Positions 1 through 9,994 of a DNA stretch of 64,000 nucleotides are shown one piece after another. Below the pieces are notes generated by a model. The model saw only the letters and a list, made by a program, of their open reading frames with translations, did no database searches and was not told the origin of the DNA. Positions within the stretch are counted from its first letter, which is position 1, and each line of letters begins with the position of its first letter. Source of the DNA: Nanobdellota archaeon (GTDB taxonomy: Archaea > Nanobdellota > Nanobdellia > Pacearchaeales > GW2011-AR1); the NCBI GenBank assembly GCA_021799535.1, contig JAJZAH010000001.1, positions 32,254 to 96,253 on the forward strand. The letters run 5' to 3'. The position numbers and the translations under genes were made by a program.

Positions 1-774
1 ATCTTTTACAATCTTCTCGTTTTTATCCAAATTCCCAAAAGGGGCCCTGAATTGATAATATCCTTCAACTGAAGAACCATCCTTACTTTTTATTCTCAGC
101 TTAGCATAACTTTCAAATGCCTCTGGAAAAATTGATGGAACGTCTAATTGACCCAAGAAGTCAACGCCTACATTCTCCAAATTAACATAACTCACTTGCC
201 AAGAAAGAGTTGAATAATTATGATCCCCCCTAAATTTTTCCATCTCCTTCTTGAAATCATCCTTCCTCTTAAAGACCATCTTTGTAACTTTCCTGTCTAT
301 ACTCCCTTTTGGAAAATTAATTCCATTTAAATTCACTGTATCTCTGAAAGAACTAAATGCCCCAGATAAAAATCTATAAAGATAGATAGGAATTGTATGA
401 TTAGAAAATTTTGACTTCAGCTCTTCTATAACTTTATTCCTGTAAACAGCTTTAAGTTTGGATTCTTTTATACCAAAAAGCAAAGCTCCGTATCTCCTAG
501 AAACGCTTTGGAGTTTCTCATGAGAACTTTCTCCTAAAAGGCAATCAAAAAGATCCTGCTGCAGGGTGGATGGTTTCTGTAAATCTAGATAATTTTCCTT
601 AAAATCTTGGATTGTATCAGCATGAAAGTACCTCATCGCTCCCTGAACTTGAAGTCCTAATTCCTGCGGGAAAACTACCTTTTCACCTAGATAAATCCCT
701 TCAAAGTCCGTATCATTCGATAAGATGCTTTCCAATTTCTCCTCAACAAATTCTTCAGTTATTTCCTTCAGCAT
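1..774 (-). CDS. hypothetical protein, C-terminally truncated by the window edge
   Basis: Open frame from ATG at 772-774 (MLKEITEEFVEEKLESIL...) runs with no stop to position 1. No motif recognised. Confidence 0.5.
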   Translation of the reverse strand, partial: MLKEITEEFVEEKLESILSNDTDFEGIYLGEKVVFPQELGLQVQGAMRYFHADTIQDFKENYLDLQKPSTLQQDLFDCLLGESSHEKLQSVSRRYGALLFGIKESKLKAVYRNKVIEELKSKFSNHTIPIYLYRFLSGAFSSFRDTVNLNGINFPKGSIDRKVTKMVFKRKDDFKKEMEKFRGDHNYSTLSWQVSYVNLENVGVDFLGQLDVPSIFPEAFESYAKLRIKSKDGSSVEGYYQFRAPFGNLDKNEKIVKD

Positions 775-840
775 AGCGGAAAAAGAGGTAAATTATATTT
801 AAATCTTTCTATAGGTTACAACTTTAAAATGACACAAAAA

Positions 841-887
841 TAAGAAGAAAACAAAAATCCAAGCGGGAAACCCTTTCGGGCCCCCGC
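841..887 (-). terminator. GC-rich stem-loop followed by a T-rich tract, 3' of ftsZ
   Basis: GCGGG(863-867)/CCCGC(883-887) outer stem and CCC/GGG inner stem with a TTTC loop. On the minus strand it is followed by TTGGATTTTTGTTTTCTTCTTA. It lies about 35 nt after the ftsZ stop. Confidence 0.4.
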
Positions 888-920
888 CGAATTAAAAAAT
901 AAAGTTAAAAATTCTTTGGA

Positions 921-2000
921 TTAACCGTAAATGTCAATCCCCAGGTCAGACATTTCTCTTGAAACAGGCATTGAAGCCTCTTCAAGGTCTTTGCCAAGAA
1001 CGTAAGGGGATTTTACCCCAGTCATTATAGTAATGACACGAACTTTCCCGACAAAATCCTTCGCAATCCTAGCACCAATGATGACTTGTGCATCCTGACT
1101 AAGGTTTTCTGAAACTGTCCTACCGATAACATCAAATTCTTCTAACTTCAAATCAGGTCCGCATGTTATGTGCACCAAAGCTCCGCTAGCACCTTTGTAA
1201 TCCACATCAAGTAGAGGATGAGTAAGGGCTTGCTTAACTGATTCCTGCACACGGTCTGCAGCGTCTGATTCTCCGATTCCTATAACCGCAACTCCGCCGT
1301 TCTTCATAATAGCTGAAACATCAGCGTAGTCAAGGTTAATTAAAGAAGGCAATGTTATTGTCTCGACTATTCCTTTAACCATCGTAGATACAAGTTCATT
1401 CGCCACCGCAAAAGCTTGTTCCAATGGGAGTTGTCCTGCAATATCAACTAATCTGTTGTTATCGAGAACTATGCATGTGTCTGTCGCTTCTCTTAATTCC
1501 TGCAATCCAAATTCTGCTTTGTCTATTCTTGCTTTTTCAGATTCAAATGGCATCGTCACAACACCAATTACTACTGCTCCTGTCTCTTTAGCAAGCTGTG
1601 CTACAACTGGCGCTGATCCTGTTCCTGTTCCTCCGCCTTCACCGGCAAGGACAAAAACCATATCAGAATTGCTTACTGCTTTTTTAAGATCAACCAAGGA
1701 CTCTTTTGCTGCTTCTCTCCCTCTGGTTGGTTTCCCACCTGCGCCAAGTCCTCTTGTCAATTCCTTTCCTAAAAGAATTTTCTCATCAGCCTTGGTCACA
1801 CTGAGGTGAAGAGCATCTGTGTTAGCCGCATAAATGGTAGCTCCGTTGATCCCTTTGTTAAAAAGCCATGTAACCATATTGGATCCGCAACCGCCCATTC
1901 CTACAACCTTAATAGCAGCTTTTCCCGCTTTAAGCTCGTCGAAATTTATGCTGTGCGTCTCTGCGTTCTGGATTGCTTCCTTTGCAAAATCAAGTACCAT
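921..2000 (-). CDS. ftsZ: cell division protein FtsZ
   Basis: Tubulin/FtsZ signature GGGTGTGSAPVVAQ, plus GGCGSNMV and GLGAGGKPTRGREAA. The start at 2000 is chosen because AAGGAGGAAC lies 8 nt upstream; the ORF-track start at 2060 adds 20 non-conserved residues. Confidence 0.95.
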   Translation of the reverse strand: MVLDFAKEAIQNAETHSINFDELKAGKAAIKVVGMGGCGSNMVTWLFNKGINGATIYAANTDALHLSVTKADEKILLGKELTRGLGAGGKPTRGREAAKESLVDLKKAVSNSDMVFVLAGEGGGTGTGSAPVVAQLAKETGAVVIGVVTMPFESEKARIDKAEFGLQELREATDTCIVLDNNRLVDIAGQLPLEQAFAVANELVSTMVKGIVETITLPSLINLDYADVSAIMKNGGVAVIGIGESDAADRVQESVKQALTHPLLDVDYKGASGALVHITCGPDLKLEEFDVIGRTVSENLSQDAQVIIGARIAKDFVGKVRVITIMTGVKSPYVLGKDLEEASMPVSREMSDLGIDIYG

Positions 2001-2199
2001 ATTTTGTTCCTCCTTTTTATTTCTCTTTCTCTTTGCTACGCAAAGCTCCCTATATTGCAAGAATTAATTGAACTCTCTTTAAATATATTTATGTTAGTAA
2101 ATATATTTTCAGCCCGTACATGGTAAAAAACCACTAGATATATTTAGACTAGCAGGGATATTTTCAAGTGACTTTCGAAAGATACTTCAAATCAGTTTT

Positions 2200-2418
2200 T
2201 CAGAGCAGATCCTCATCCCACCCTTCAATTGATTCCGTTTTATCCTCTTCAGGCTCAATTTTGACATCAGAAAATTCTTTTAAGTGAAGCTTTGAAATCG
2301 CCACGTTTATGTCATAATCAAAAAATCCCCTTGCAAGGAGTTGCTCTTTTATCTCCTCAATCGAAAGCCCCCTCTCAAGATTGGATAAGATATACTTTCC
2401 AAGGTCATTTTTATCCAT
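2200..2418 (-). CDS. hypothetical small protein
   Basis: 72-aa ORF in the same orientation as its neighbours. No motif recognised. Confidence 0.4.
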   Translation of the reverse strand: MDKNDLGKYILSNLERGLSIEEIKEQLLARGFFDYDINVAISKLHLKEFSDVKIEPEEDKTESIEGWDEDLL

Positions 2419-2438
2419 TTTATATTAAGGATCGCAGA

Positions 2439-3014
2439 TTATAAAAGACTTACTAAATTAGATAAGTCTCTTATTAATTTCCAGCCTTTCTTTATTTTGA
2501 GATTGCTTTTCTCAGCAAGGAGTTTTATGGGTTCCTGACTGACCGGCACCCTTCCATTATCTATAACTGGAAGTTCAAGCTTTTCCGTACCTCTGAGTTC
2601 AATTACTATATTTTTCCCCATGCTTATTGCACCTGAATTCTTCCATCCGGATCCAAAGCCGGCATCAAGCAGTTTCCTGGCACTGTCAAAATCTCTACAG
2701 ATCACATGAATAATTGGAGGATCAACTTTGAATTTTACAGAATACTCTTTACTTACCCTTCTAATTTCAGAGTTTAGCTCGTTAAACCTGACACGATCAT
2801 GGCTGACCCACAAAGAGAGCCTCCTGTCCTTTGCAGGCTTGTCTACCATGAGGAGAGCTCTGCCAGAGCAGGAAGACGTCGTATAGTAATCTGTTTTCCT
2901 ATTTATCTTTCCGCAAAGAGCCTCTATTTTTTCGTCCCATTTTCCAACAGAAGACTTGTCTCCTTTCTTAAGAACATCGCTTTTACGCTGTTCAAAATTA
3001 GCTTCAGGCATCAA
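2439..3014 (-). CDS. taw3: tRNA wybutosine/wyosine-synthesizing protein 3 (Taw3/TYW3 family methyltransferase)
   Basis: Contains the family-typical YYTTSSCSGR block and is about 190 aa long. Confidence 0.7.
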   Translation of the reverse strand: MMPEANFEQRKSDVLKKGDKSSVGKWDEKIEALCGKINRKTDYYTTSSCSGRALLMVDKPAKDRRLSLWVSHDRVRFNELNSEIRRVSKEYSVKFKVDPPIIHVICRDFDSARKLLDAGFGSGWKNSGAISMGKNIVIELRGTEKLELPVIDNGRVPVSQEPIKLLAEKSNLKIKKGWKLIRDLSNLVSLL

Positions 3015-3040
3015 AAAATAAACTAAAATTCAATTTAATT

Positions 3041-3706
3041 CTATTCCCTCTTCAAAATCTCGGCCGTAATCCCTTCCTGAGAGCAAAGCTCCTTGAATTC
3101 TTCAGCATCTTTTTCAGTTCCGACCACAGTCCCCCAATGCATTGGAATAGCAATCCCTGGTTTTATTATCTTGGCAGCCTCAGCCGCTTCCTCAGCGCTC
3201 ATCGTGAACCTGCCCCCGACAGGAAGAAGGGCAACAAATTTTTTGTCTGGTTGGTTATAACCCGTGAGTTTCTGCATTTCAGGTATCACATCAGTATCTC
3301 CGGCATGATAAATAATCACATCATTTGTTTTAACAATATACCCCACAAGATCCTCCTCTTTTGTGTGAAATGTCTTGTCAATATTGTACGCGGGAATAGT
3401 GGAAACTTTTACAGTTCCGAGGTCAACTTCCTGATTGGGGGAAACAACCTCCATCCTTATAGGCACCTGAAAACGCGCAATCTTACTCTGCGAATCGGCA
3501 GTCATGATTATTTTCGTCCCTTCCTTTACAATTTTTCCAATATCTTCGAAACTGCAATGGTCATAATGCCCGTGTGTAATCAGAATAAGATCAGCTTTTG
3601 GAAGATCTTCTCTTATTTTAAAAGGATCTATATAGATTATTTTTGAATTTTGTATCAAAAATCCTGAGTGGCCAAGCCAATGCAGATCCACTTCCCCTAT
3701 TTTCAT
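3041..3706 (-). CDS. metallo-beta-lactamase fold hydrolase (UPF0173-like)
   Basis: HWLGHSGF and ITHGHYDHC (HxHxDH) metal-binding motifs. The start is moved to MKIGEV (ATG at 3704-3706). Confidence 0.75.
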   Translation of the reverse strand: MKIGEVDLHWLGHSGFLIQNSKIIYIDPFKIREDLPKADLILITHGHYDHCSFEDIGKIVKEGTKIIMTADSQSKIARFQVPIRMEVVSPNQEVDLGTVKVSTIPAYNIDKTFHTKEEDLVGYIVKTNDVIIYHAGDTDVIPEMQKLTGYNQPDKKFVALLPVGGRFTMSAEEAAEAAKIIKPGIAIPMHWGTVVGTEKDAEEFKELCSQEGITAEILKRE

Positions 3707-3760
3707 AATCCTGTAAAACAAAAAACGCTTTTTAAGGCTTTATATTTAAAATTTATCTTA

Positions 3761-4822
3761 TCAGTCATCTTCCAGAACTCTCTTTTTGAAAATTTCAGCA
3801 TCTTCAGACCTTACCTGTGCGGCCGCAGCAGGAATGTGTCCCCCCCCATTGGCATCCTCAAGCCCTTCTATCCCTTTTTTCATAAGTTCACCCATATCAA
3901 TTTTCCCGTTCGAGCTTCTCGCACTAAATCTGACTAAATTTTTTGCCTTCATCATGAAAAGGATATTTTTATCCGGATCTGCTCCGCCAATCAAGGTCGC
4001 AACGTAGCTCAGTATATCAAAGGGCGATTTCACTTCATAAAAATAAATTTCCCTTTTCGGAAAATACTTCCGGCTTTTCGGGAAGTCATCCACAACCCTG
4101 TAAACCTCTTTTTCAATTATTTCGTGGGTTTCGGAAATCTCCTCCAAGTTCTTTTCTTTTAAAAGATTGTAAACATATCTGGGATCACTCTTGTAATAGA
4201 TAAGTGCCGATGAAATCTTCCTCGCATTTATTCCAGGAACAGAAGAAGAAATTGTATCAGGCTCGGCTTCAGGATAGAAAGACTGCAAAAACCTGAGATT
4301 TTTCTCTGATCTGAACGAATAATCCGCAAATATCGCCGCACATACAAGCCAACCCCACTCTTCTGAATCAAGGAAGTCCTCGCCAAGGATAAAAGTGATG
4401 AGTCCCGTGCAGTCCTGAGAGACCACCTTTATGATGTTAGATTTATCAATAAGCTTGTCCCCTATGGGATGATGGTCTATCAAAAAAACCCCCATCTCAT
4501 TCCTCATTTCCTCAAAGCCCTCATAATCAATGCCTTCTATATTTATGTCGCTTATTATCACTTTGGTTATATCTTTGTCTTTTAATTTAACAAGAACCTC
4601 TTTTGCCATATCCGACTTTATCTCAAGAAAATCAATATAATCCACTTTTATCCTTTTAGCTTCAAGTATCTTTTCCAAAAAAAGCCCCGAGGAGAGCCCA
4701 TCAAGGTCATTATGCGTCAAAACCGCGACTTTGTCTTTAAGACCTATTGAGTCCAAAAATTTGAAAAAATCCTCTTTTGAGCCAAGGATATAATCAACAT
4801 TCATTTTCAAAGTAGCCTGCAA
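3761..4822 (-). CDS. DHH/DHHA1 family phosphoesterase (NrnA/RecJ-like), paralog 1
   Basis: THNDLDGLSSG (DxD), LIDHHP (DHH) and NGGGHIPAAAA (DHHA1 GGGH). Confidence 0.8.
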   Translation of the reverse strand: MQATLKMNVDYILGSKEDFFKFLDSIGLKDKVAVLTHNDLDGLSSGLFLEKILEAKRIKVDYIDFLEIKSDMAKEVLVKLKDKDITKVIISDINIEGIDYEGFEEMRNEMGVFLIDHHPIGDKLIDKSNIIKVVSQDCTGLITFILGEDFLDSEEWGWLVCAAIFADYSFRSEKNLRFLQSFYPEAEPDTISSSVPGINARKISSALIYYKSDPRYVYNLLKEKNLEEISETHEIIEKEVYRVVDDFPKSRKYFPKREIYFYEVKSPFDILSYVATLIGGADPDKNILFMMKAKNLVRFSARSSNGKIDMGELMKKGIEGLEDANGGGHIPAAAAQVRSEDAEIFKKRVLEDD

Positions 4823-4894
4823 TCCTTTTTAAAATTTGGTAATATTGCATGAGAGAATAATTAAGTTTATAACCTGATAATCTCTTAAGTTGGC

Positions 4895-5128
4895 ATGGCA
4901 ATAATAGAATCTGAAAATTATATCAATGCATTGAAGAGGACTAAGCCCAGGGATATAAAAATAGCCTCTTATGGCGGCCACGCTTTGCTGAAAGGTCAGG
5001 ATAACAAGTGCTCGAAATGCAAAAAAGACCTGAGAGCGGGATATTATAAGATGGTGGTAGATCCTGCAACCAAAGAAAAGAAGGCTATATGCTCTGATTG
5101 CTTGGTTCAGATACCTGAAAGAAGATAA
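4895..5128 (+). CDS. hypothetical protein with a possible zinc ribbon
   Basis: 77-aa ORF with CSKC...CSDC cysteine pairs. Confidence 0.4.
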   Translation: MAIIESENYINALKRTKPRDIKIASYGGHALLKGQDNKCSKCKKDLRAGYYKMVVDPATKEKKAICSDCLVQIPERR

Positions 5129-5269
5129 TTCTGAAAAATCAGCTCAAGAATAACAAAGCCAGATTGCCCGCAAAAGGGATAGAATCCTGAAAGTTTTAAA
5201 CCGTTGGATAAGCAAAAACAACAAAGAGATTTCAAAAAAATAAAGAAAATTTAATGAGAGGAATTACAT

Positions 5270-5374
5270 TTAGTACTCTTCGTCATCACCGCTGTCCCAG
5301 TTGTCCCCGTTGTCTTCATTTTCCCCTTCAAATTCCTCTTCTTTGGGTTCCTGTTTCTTTTTTGGTTTAGGCAT
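5270..5374 (-). CDS. very small acidic protein (34 aa), hypothetical
   Basis: MPKPKKKQEPKEEEFEGENEDNGDNWDSGDDEEY. A GGAGGT Shine-Dalgarno-like motif lies 8 nt upstream of the ATG. The ORF is below the track cutoff. Confidence 0.3.
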   Translation of the reverse strand: MPKPKKKQEPKEEEFEGENEDNGDNWDSGDDEEY

Positions 5375-5714
5375 TTAAAATACCTCCAATTTAATTAACC
5401 CTAATTCAGGGTCGGAGTTTTTAAAGTTTGCTGCACAAGCCGAAGTGACAGAAAGACAGGGAAAAGTTTAAAAGGGAAAATTAAAGGATTTTGTAGAATC
5501 TATTTGATTTTCTTATCCATACCAAAAGTATTCAAGTACATTCTTGATAAGTAGTCTGTAAGAGGTAAGACCTTGCTTTTTCAGAAAAGAAGGCGAGAAA
5601 AATGAAATCAAATTTACTGGAATTGTTATGAAAAATGGCTGAAAAGAATTCTTTATGTTTTCCTCCTTAGAATTTTAGACTCGAGGTTAACAAAATCCTC
5701 CAAACATTAAAAGC

Positions 5715-6149
5715 CTAATTGTCTTCAACATGAAAAGTGAACCTGTATCTGTCCTTTCCCACACGTCTTATTTTGTCGACTATAAATCTCCCAATTTCAA
5801 AGGTATTACTAACGTGCGGATCTCCGCAAGGACGCGAATCAAAGTCTCCAATCGAGACGATTCTTATTTTTCCTGTTCCCTCTGGGATCCTAAGATTTTC
5901 AACGTCCTCAACTTCTCCGCGATCAAAAATTTTTATTTCAACATCCATACCCCTTTGGATTATGCTATTCACTTCAAGGTTTAGTCCGTTTACGTCAAGC
6001 CCCCTTAAATCTTGGGAGGAGATGAGTTCTATCTCGCCATAATCTTCAAAAAATTTTGCAATCCTTACAGTTATATCAGAAATTTTATTTTGTATAAAGC
6101 GGGTCATTATATGCTCCCCGCTTTGCAATCTCCCTTCGCCTGGTTTCAT
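5715..6149 (-). CDS. AlaX-S-like tRNA_SAD domain protein (putative trans-editing deacylase)
   Basis: The C-terminal RPCGDPHVSNTFEIGRFIVDKIRRVGKDRYRFTFHV parallels the CxxxH...GEIG...K.R block of free-standing AlaX. The N-terminal HxxxH position reads EHIMTR, so the second His is absent. Confidence 0.5.
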   Translation of the reverse strand: MKPGEGRLQSGEHIMTRFIQNKISDITVRIAKFFEDYGEIELISSQDLRGLDVNGLNLEVNSIIQRGMDVEIKIFDRGEVEDVENLRIPEGTGKIRIVSIGDFDSRPCGDPHVSNTFEIGRFIVDKIRRVGKDRYRFTFHVEDN

Positions 6150-6401
6150 GAATCCCGAAAAACAAACAAGTTTTATAAATTAATAGGTTAATAGGTAACA
6201 CCAGAACTCTTTGATTAATCACGCTCCGTACGGATTAATATTCACTCATTTTTTCAACGGATTAAGGATGTTCCATTCAATTAAATTAGACAATCTATCT
6301 CGTCTTAACAATTTCTTCAGCAGAGCACTGAGATTTAGTCCAGTGCAAAGCAGCTGATTTTGCAAAGCAAGAAATTTCTTCTATGGGTTTGATGGAAAAG
6401 A

Positions 6402-7727
6402 TTAATCTCCCATTCCCAGCTTCTCAATCAAGGCTGCAGCTTCAAGCATTTTTTGTTCATTAAATTTATCAGCCATTATCTGCATCCCAACAGGAACACC
6501 GTCGATTTTTCCTGCAGGTATAGAGATTGAACAATTTCCTGCAAGGTTTGACGGAATAGTGAGAGCGTCATAAGAATACATTTCTTCCACCGAGATTTTG
6601 CTCCCAATCTTGTGAGGTAGCCTTGAAACTGTCGGAGAGATTATAATGTCAAGGTCTCCGAATGCTTTTTGGTATTCTTCTTCTATAATTTTTTTCACTT
6701 TAAGTGCAAGGTGGTAATTTCTCCCTTCATGTTCTGCTTTTGTTATCTCGGCACCTCCAAGGATCCTTCTCAGTACCTCAGGGCCACATGCTTCTTCAAT
6801 CTTCTTGCCGTAACGTCTTCCATCAAGTTTCCTTGTCGCGGAGAAAAACTCTGTGTAAACGAGAGGGTAATAAGTTTCAATAGCAAGACCAACATGGGGG
6901 ATATTTATATGCCCTACAGTCCAACCGTATTTGCCAGAAGCTTCTTTCACTTTTTCATTGATTATTTTCTGTATCCTCTCATCCTGTATTTTAAAATCCA
7001 ATAGGCCAACTTTCAGTTTTTTTCCTTTTCCGATTTCTTTTAGGCTCAATTTCGGGCTTTCAGCACTGATTGGATCTCTTTCATCTTCCCCTTTTATGAC
7101 ATCAAGAAGAAGCGCCGCATCACGAACATCTCTTGCAATAGGCCCGATCTGGTCCAGGCTCATTGAGAGATCTATAAGCCCATATCTTGAGACTGTCGAA
7201 TAAGTAGGCTTTATGCCCACTACCCCGCAATGAGATGAAGGGTTTCTTATGGACCCTCCGGTATCCGAGCCAAGAGCCAGGTCACAGAATCCCGCAGCAA
7301 CAGCAGCAGCAGATCCAGAAGATGAACCTCCGGGAACAAGTTCAGGACTAACCGGATTTCTCACAGGACCAAAAGCGGAAGTTTCACCAGAAGACCCGCA
7401 TGCAAATTCATCGGAGTTCACCATGCCCATTATTAGTCCGTCCTCAGATCTTATCTTTTCTATAACTGTAGCATCGTAAGTTGAAAGATAATCTTCAAGA
7501 ACTCTAGAAGAGCACGAAGCATGAAGTCCAAGGACATTTATATTTGGTTTAATTGCAATTATATAACCTGCAAGTCTCCCTGCCTTTCTGCTTTTTATCT
7601 TCCCATCAATTTTTTTCGCTTCCCCGAGCAATTCTTTCTCCGGACGGAGCTCAAGAAAGATATTGAGTTCTTTATTTTTCTTTTTGATTCTCTCAAGATA
7701 AGTCTTTAATTTTTCAATTGTCGTCAT
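6402..7727 (-). CDS. gatA: Asp/Glu-tRNA amidotransferase subunit A
   Basis: Amidase signature GGSSSGSAAAVAAG plus GSDTGGSIRNPS. The protein is 441 aa. Confidence 0.9.
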   Translation of the reverse strand: MTTIEKLKTYLERIKKKNKELNIFLELRPEKELLGEAKKIDGKIKSRKAGRLAGYIIAIKPNINVLGLHASCSSRVLEDYLSTYDATVIEKIRSEDGLIMGMVNSDEFACGSSGETSAFGPVRNPVSPELVPGGSSSGSAAAVAAGFCDLALGSDTGGSIRNPSSHCGVVGIKPTYSTVSRYGLIDLSMSLDQIGPIARDVRDAALLLDVIKGEDERDPISAESPKLSLKEIGKGKKLKVGLLDFKIQDERIQKIINEKVKEASGKYGWTVGHINIPHVGLAIETYYPLVYTEFFSATRKLDGRRYGKKIEEACGPEVLRRILGGAEITKAEHEGRNYHLALKVKKIIEEEYQKAFGDLDIIISPTVSRLPHKIGSKISVEEMYSYDALTIPSNLAGNCSISIPAGKIDGVPVGMQIMADKFNEQKMLEAAALIEKLGMGD

Positions 7728-8092
7728 TTCCTCTCCTTGGGCTCAGGCATAGAGCAAAATTTAAACAGATCTTCATTGAATTTTTTCCTTGAACTCGCAG
7801 AGCATATGACTGTTAAAAAAACTTTTTTGCTGCCGTAAAAAATATCCGCGCGGCTGTTGTTCCTTGTAGCTCTCAAGCTTTCATGGTAATCTTTATACTT
7901 TTCAAAATGCCTCTTTTTATGAACTAGCTTATAATTTTTATCAAAAGATTCATCGTACATATCCAGCTTCAACCCAAATACTTCCCGTAACATCTTTGAA
8001 AGTTCTTCTACCATCAATTGTCTTTTATCAAACACATAATAATTGAAAGAGCCATCATTCCCAATAGAGTAAATCTTGAATTTTTTCACCAT
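7724..8092 (-). CDS. hypothetical protein embedded between gatC and gatA
   Basis: Start taken at MVKKFKIYSIGNDG (ATG at 8090-8092). Its stop overlaps the gatA start in ATGA at 7724-7727. No motif recognised. Confidence 0.5.
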   Translation of the reverse strand: MVKKFKIYSIGNDGSFNYYVFDKRQLMVEELSKMLREVFGLKLDMYDESFDKNYKLVHKKRHFEKYKDYHESLRATRNNSRADIFYGSKKVFLTVICSASSRKKFNEDLFKFCSMPEPKERK

Positions 8093-8123
8093 TTCTTCCT
8101 GTCCATTTTTAATTGATAACAAA

Positions 8124-8387
8124 TCATTTCCATGATTTTTTCTCCGCAATTATCGAATCCTTGCTTTTTTTAGGAGCATTAATGAGGATTTTTTCCCTGA
8201 AAGACTTGTCACAATAGGATTTTTTCCCCTCCATTCTGTATCCAAAACCTCTTTCAATCCAAGCCTCTTCAGGAAGATTTTTCACTTTCACAAGCTCTTT
8301 CTCGAATGAATCCATTATTTTCCTGGCTTCTGCTTTTATCTCTTCCCGATCTTTTTCAAAAAGCTCCCTGAACAAAAACCCCGTCAT
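8124..8387 (-). CDS. gatC: Asp/Glu-tRNA amidotransferase subunit C (probable)
   Basis: 87 aa with a GatC-like tail (...ILINAPKKSKDSIIAEKKSW), positioned upstream of gatA. Confidence 0.6.
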   Translation of the reverse strand: MTGFLFRELFEKDREEIKAEARKIMDSFEKELVKVKNLPEEAWIERGFGYRMEGKKSYCDKSFREKILINAPKKSKDSIIAEKKSWK

Positions 8388-8427
8388 GAAACTAGTTGTG
8401 CAATTGAATTTATAAGAATTTGGATGA

Positions 8428-9738
8428 CTAAGGCGTAAGCCTGTCTTTATCCCTTGGGAAAAGTACTACTTCACGTATATTTTGTAAGCCCAGAATAAGC
8501 ATCGTCAGCCTCTCAAGCCCCATACCCCAACCTGCATGAGGAGGTGCTCCGTACCTGAATGAATCTATGTAGCTTTTGAAATCGGCAGGGTCAAGTCCTC
8601 TTTCTTTCAGTTGCTTTTCCAAAATCTCAGGTATGTGAACTCTCTGACCGCCTGAGGTAATTTCCATTCCCTGATAAATTGCATCAAAACCTCCCGAAAG
8701 ACCATCGCCCTTAGGCATTATGTAAAAGGGCTTCCCTTTTATGGGCCAATCATGAACAAAAACAATCGTATCTGGGAAAAGTTCCCCCAGTTTCTTTTCA
8801 GCTTCAGTAGACAAATCATCTTCCCCGCAGTGGGCACCCTTGCTTTCAACAAGATTTTTCACATCGGCAAAGGTCATATACTTTGTTTTCGGAACTCTTA
8901 GCTTAACACCAATGATTTCGAGCTCTTTTGCATTCTCCTTCATAACTTTTTTTATTATGAATTGAACACATCTTGACAGCACATCCATCACCACAAACTC
9001 ATCAGCGAAAGCCTGCTCATAATCAAACTGTCTCGCTTCATTTAAATGCCTTACAGTATTGTGCTTTTCTGCCCTCCAAACAGTGAAAACTGCAAAAACT
9101 TTTTCCATAGAACAGGCAAGCATTTGCTTGTAAAGCTGGCAGCTTTGCGATAGAAATGCCTTTTTTTCAAAATATTTAGCTTCAAAAAGCTCTGTTCCTC
9201 CTTCAGAAGAGGATCCGATTATCGACGGAAATTGGGCTTCCATAGCACCATTAGATACCATAAATTCCCTGAAAGCCTGCAGAATGGTTGATTCAATCTT
9301 GAAAATGGCTTGTACTGGCCTCCTGTGGAGGTCAAGAAATCTGTAATCAAGTCTTTTAGGAAGTTCAGTTTTTGAGTATTCTGAAACATCTATGGGAAGA
9401 TCATCGGCTTTCGAAATTAATTTCATTTCATCAGGAACCACTTCCTTCCCCCCAGGGGCTTGATTCGAATCTTTTACTTTACCTTTAACATACACAACAG
9501 ATTCTCTTGAAACCCTGTCCATAAGGTCAAAAGAGTCATCACCAGCTTTGCCTTTAACTGCAGTTACTTGGACAGCCCCGGTAATATCCCTGAGCATAAG
9601 AAACCTTATTTTTCCAAGAGCACGCGTGTCATAAACCCATCCTGCAAGCTCCACCTCAACACCATCCTTCAGGTTAAGTATATCCGCAATGTAAGTCCTG
9701 TTCTTGTTGAACTCCCTGAAATCCAAATCGCTTCCCAT
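8428..9738 (-). CDS. aspS: aspartyl-tRNA synthetase, archaeal type
   Basis: Class IIb layout with an OB fold at the N-terminus, FRAE-type motif 2 (VWRAEKHNTVRHLNE) and motif 3 GWGMGLERLTMLILG...FPRD...LTP. Confidence 0.92.
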   Translation of the reverse strand: MGSDLDFREFNKNRTYIADILNLKDGVEVELAGWVYDTRALGKIRFLMLRDITGAVQVTAVKGKAGDDSFDLMDRVSRESVVYVKGKVKDSNQAPGGKEVVPDEMKLISKADDLPIDVSEYSKTELPKRLDYRFLDLHRRPVQAIFKIESTILQAFREFMVSNGAMEAQFPSIIGSSSEGGTELFEAKYFEKKAFLSQSCQLYKQMLACSMEKVFAVFTVWRAEKHNTVRHLNEARQFDYEQAFADEFVVMDVLSRCVQFIIKKVMKENAKELEIIGVKLRVPKTKYMTFADVKNLVESKGAHCGEDDLSTEAEKKLGELFPDTIVFVHDWPIKGKPFYIMPKGDGLSGGFDAIYQGMEITSGGQRVHIPEILEKQLKERGLDPADFKSYIDSFRYGAPPHAGWGMGLERLTMLILGLQNIREVVLFPRDKDRLTP

Positions 9739-9994
9739 ATCGAAAAAGAGCAGAGTACATTTATAAGAATTTCTATATGTAGGAAAAACTAAATGATAGA
9801 TTAATGAAGGAAAAACCTGGTGATAGATTACCTAACTAACCCAATTATAATCGGAGGACTTAGAAATTCCATCATTCTTAATATAAGTTAAGAAATCAGG
9901 TAGAGTCAACTTCGGAAAAATTAATTCACAAGTGTCGGAATTTCAGAAACAGGAATTCAGAAATTTTAATAAACCTGTTATCTTTTTTATTTTT

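Noticed and set aside
1456-2126. Three plus-strand ORFs (1456-1809, 1806-2126, 1834-2067)
   Set aside because: They lie entirely antisense to the well-supported ftsZ gene, have low-complexity Ser/Pro/Leu-rich translations and have no start context. I treat them as shadow ORFs. The same reasoning applies to the many antisense ORFs nested in gatA, aspS, proS, alaS, leuS, the RSH gene, radA and others.
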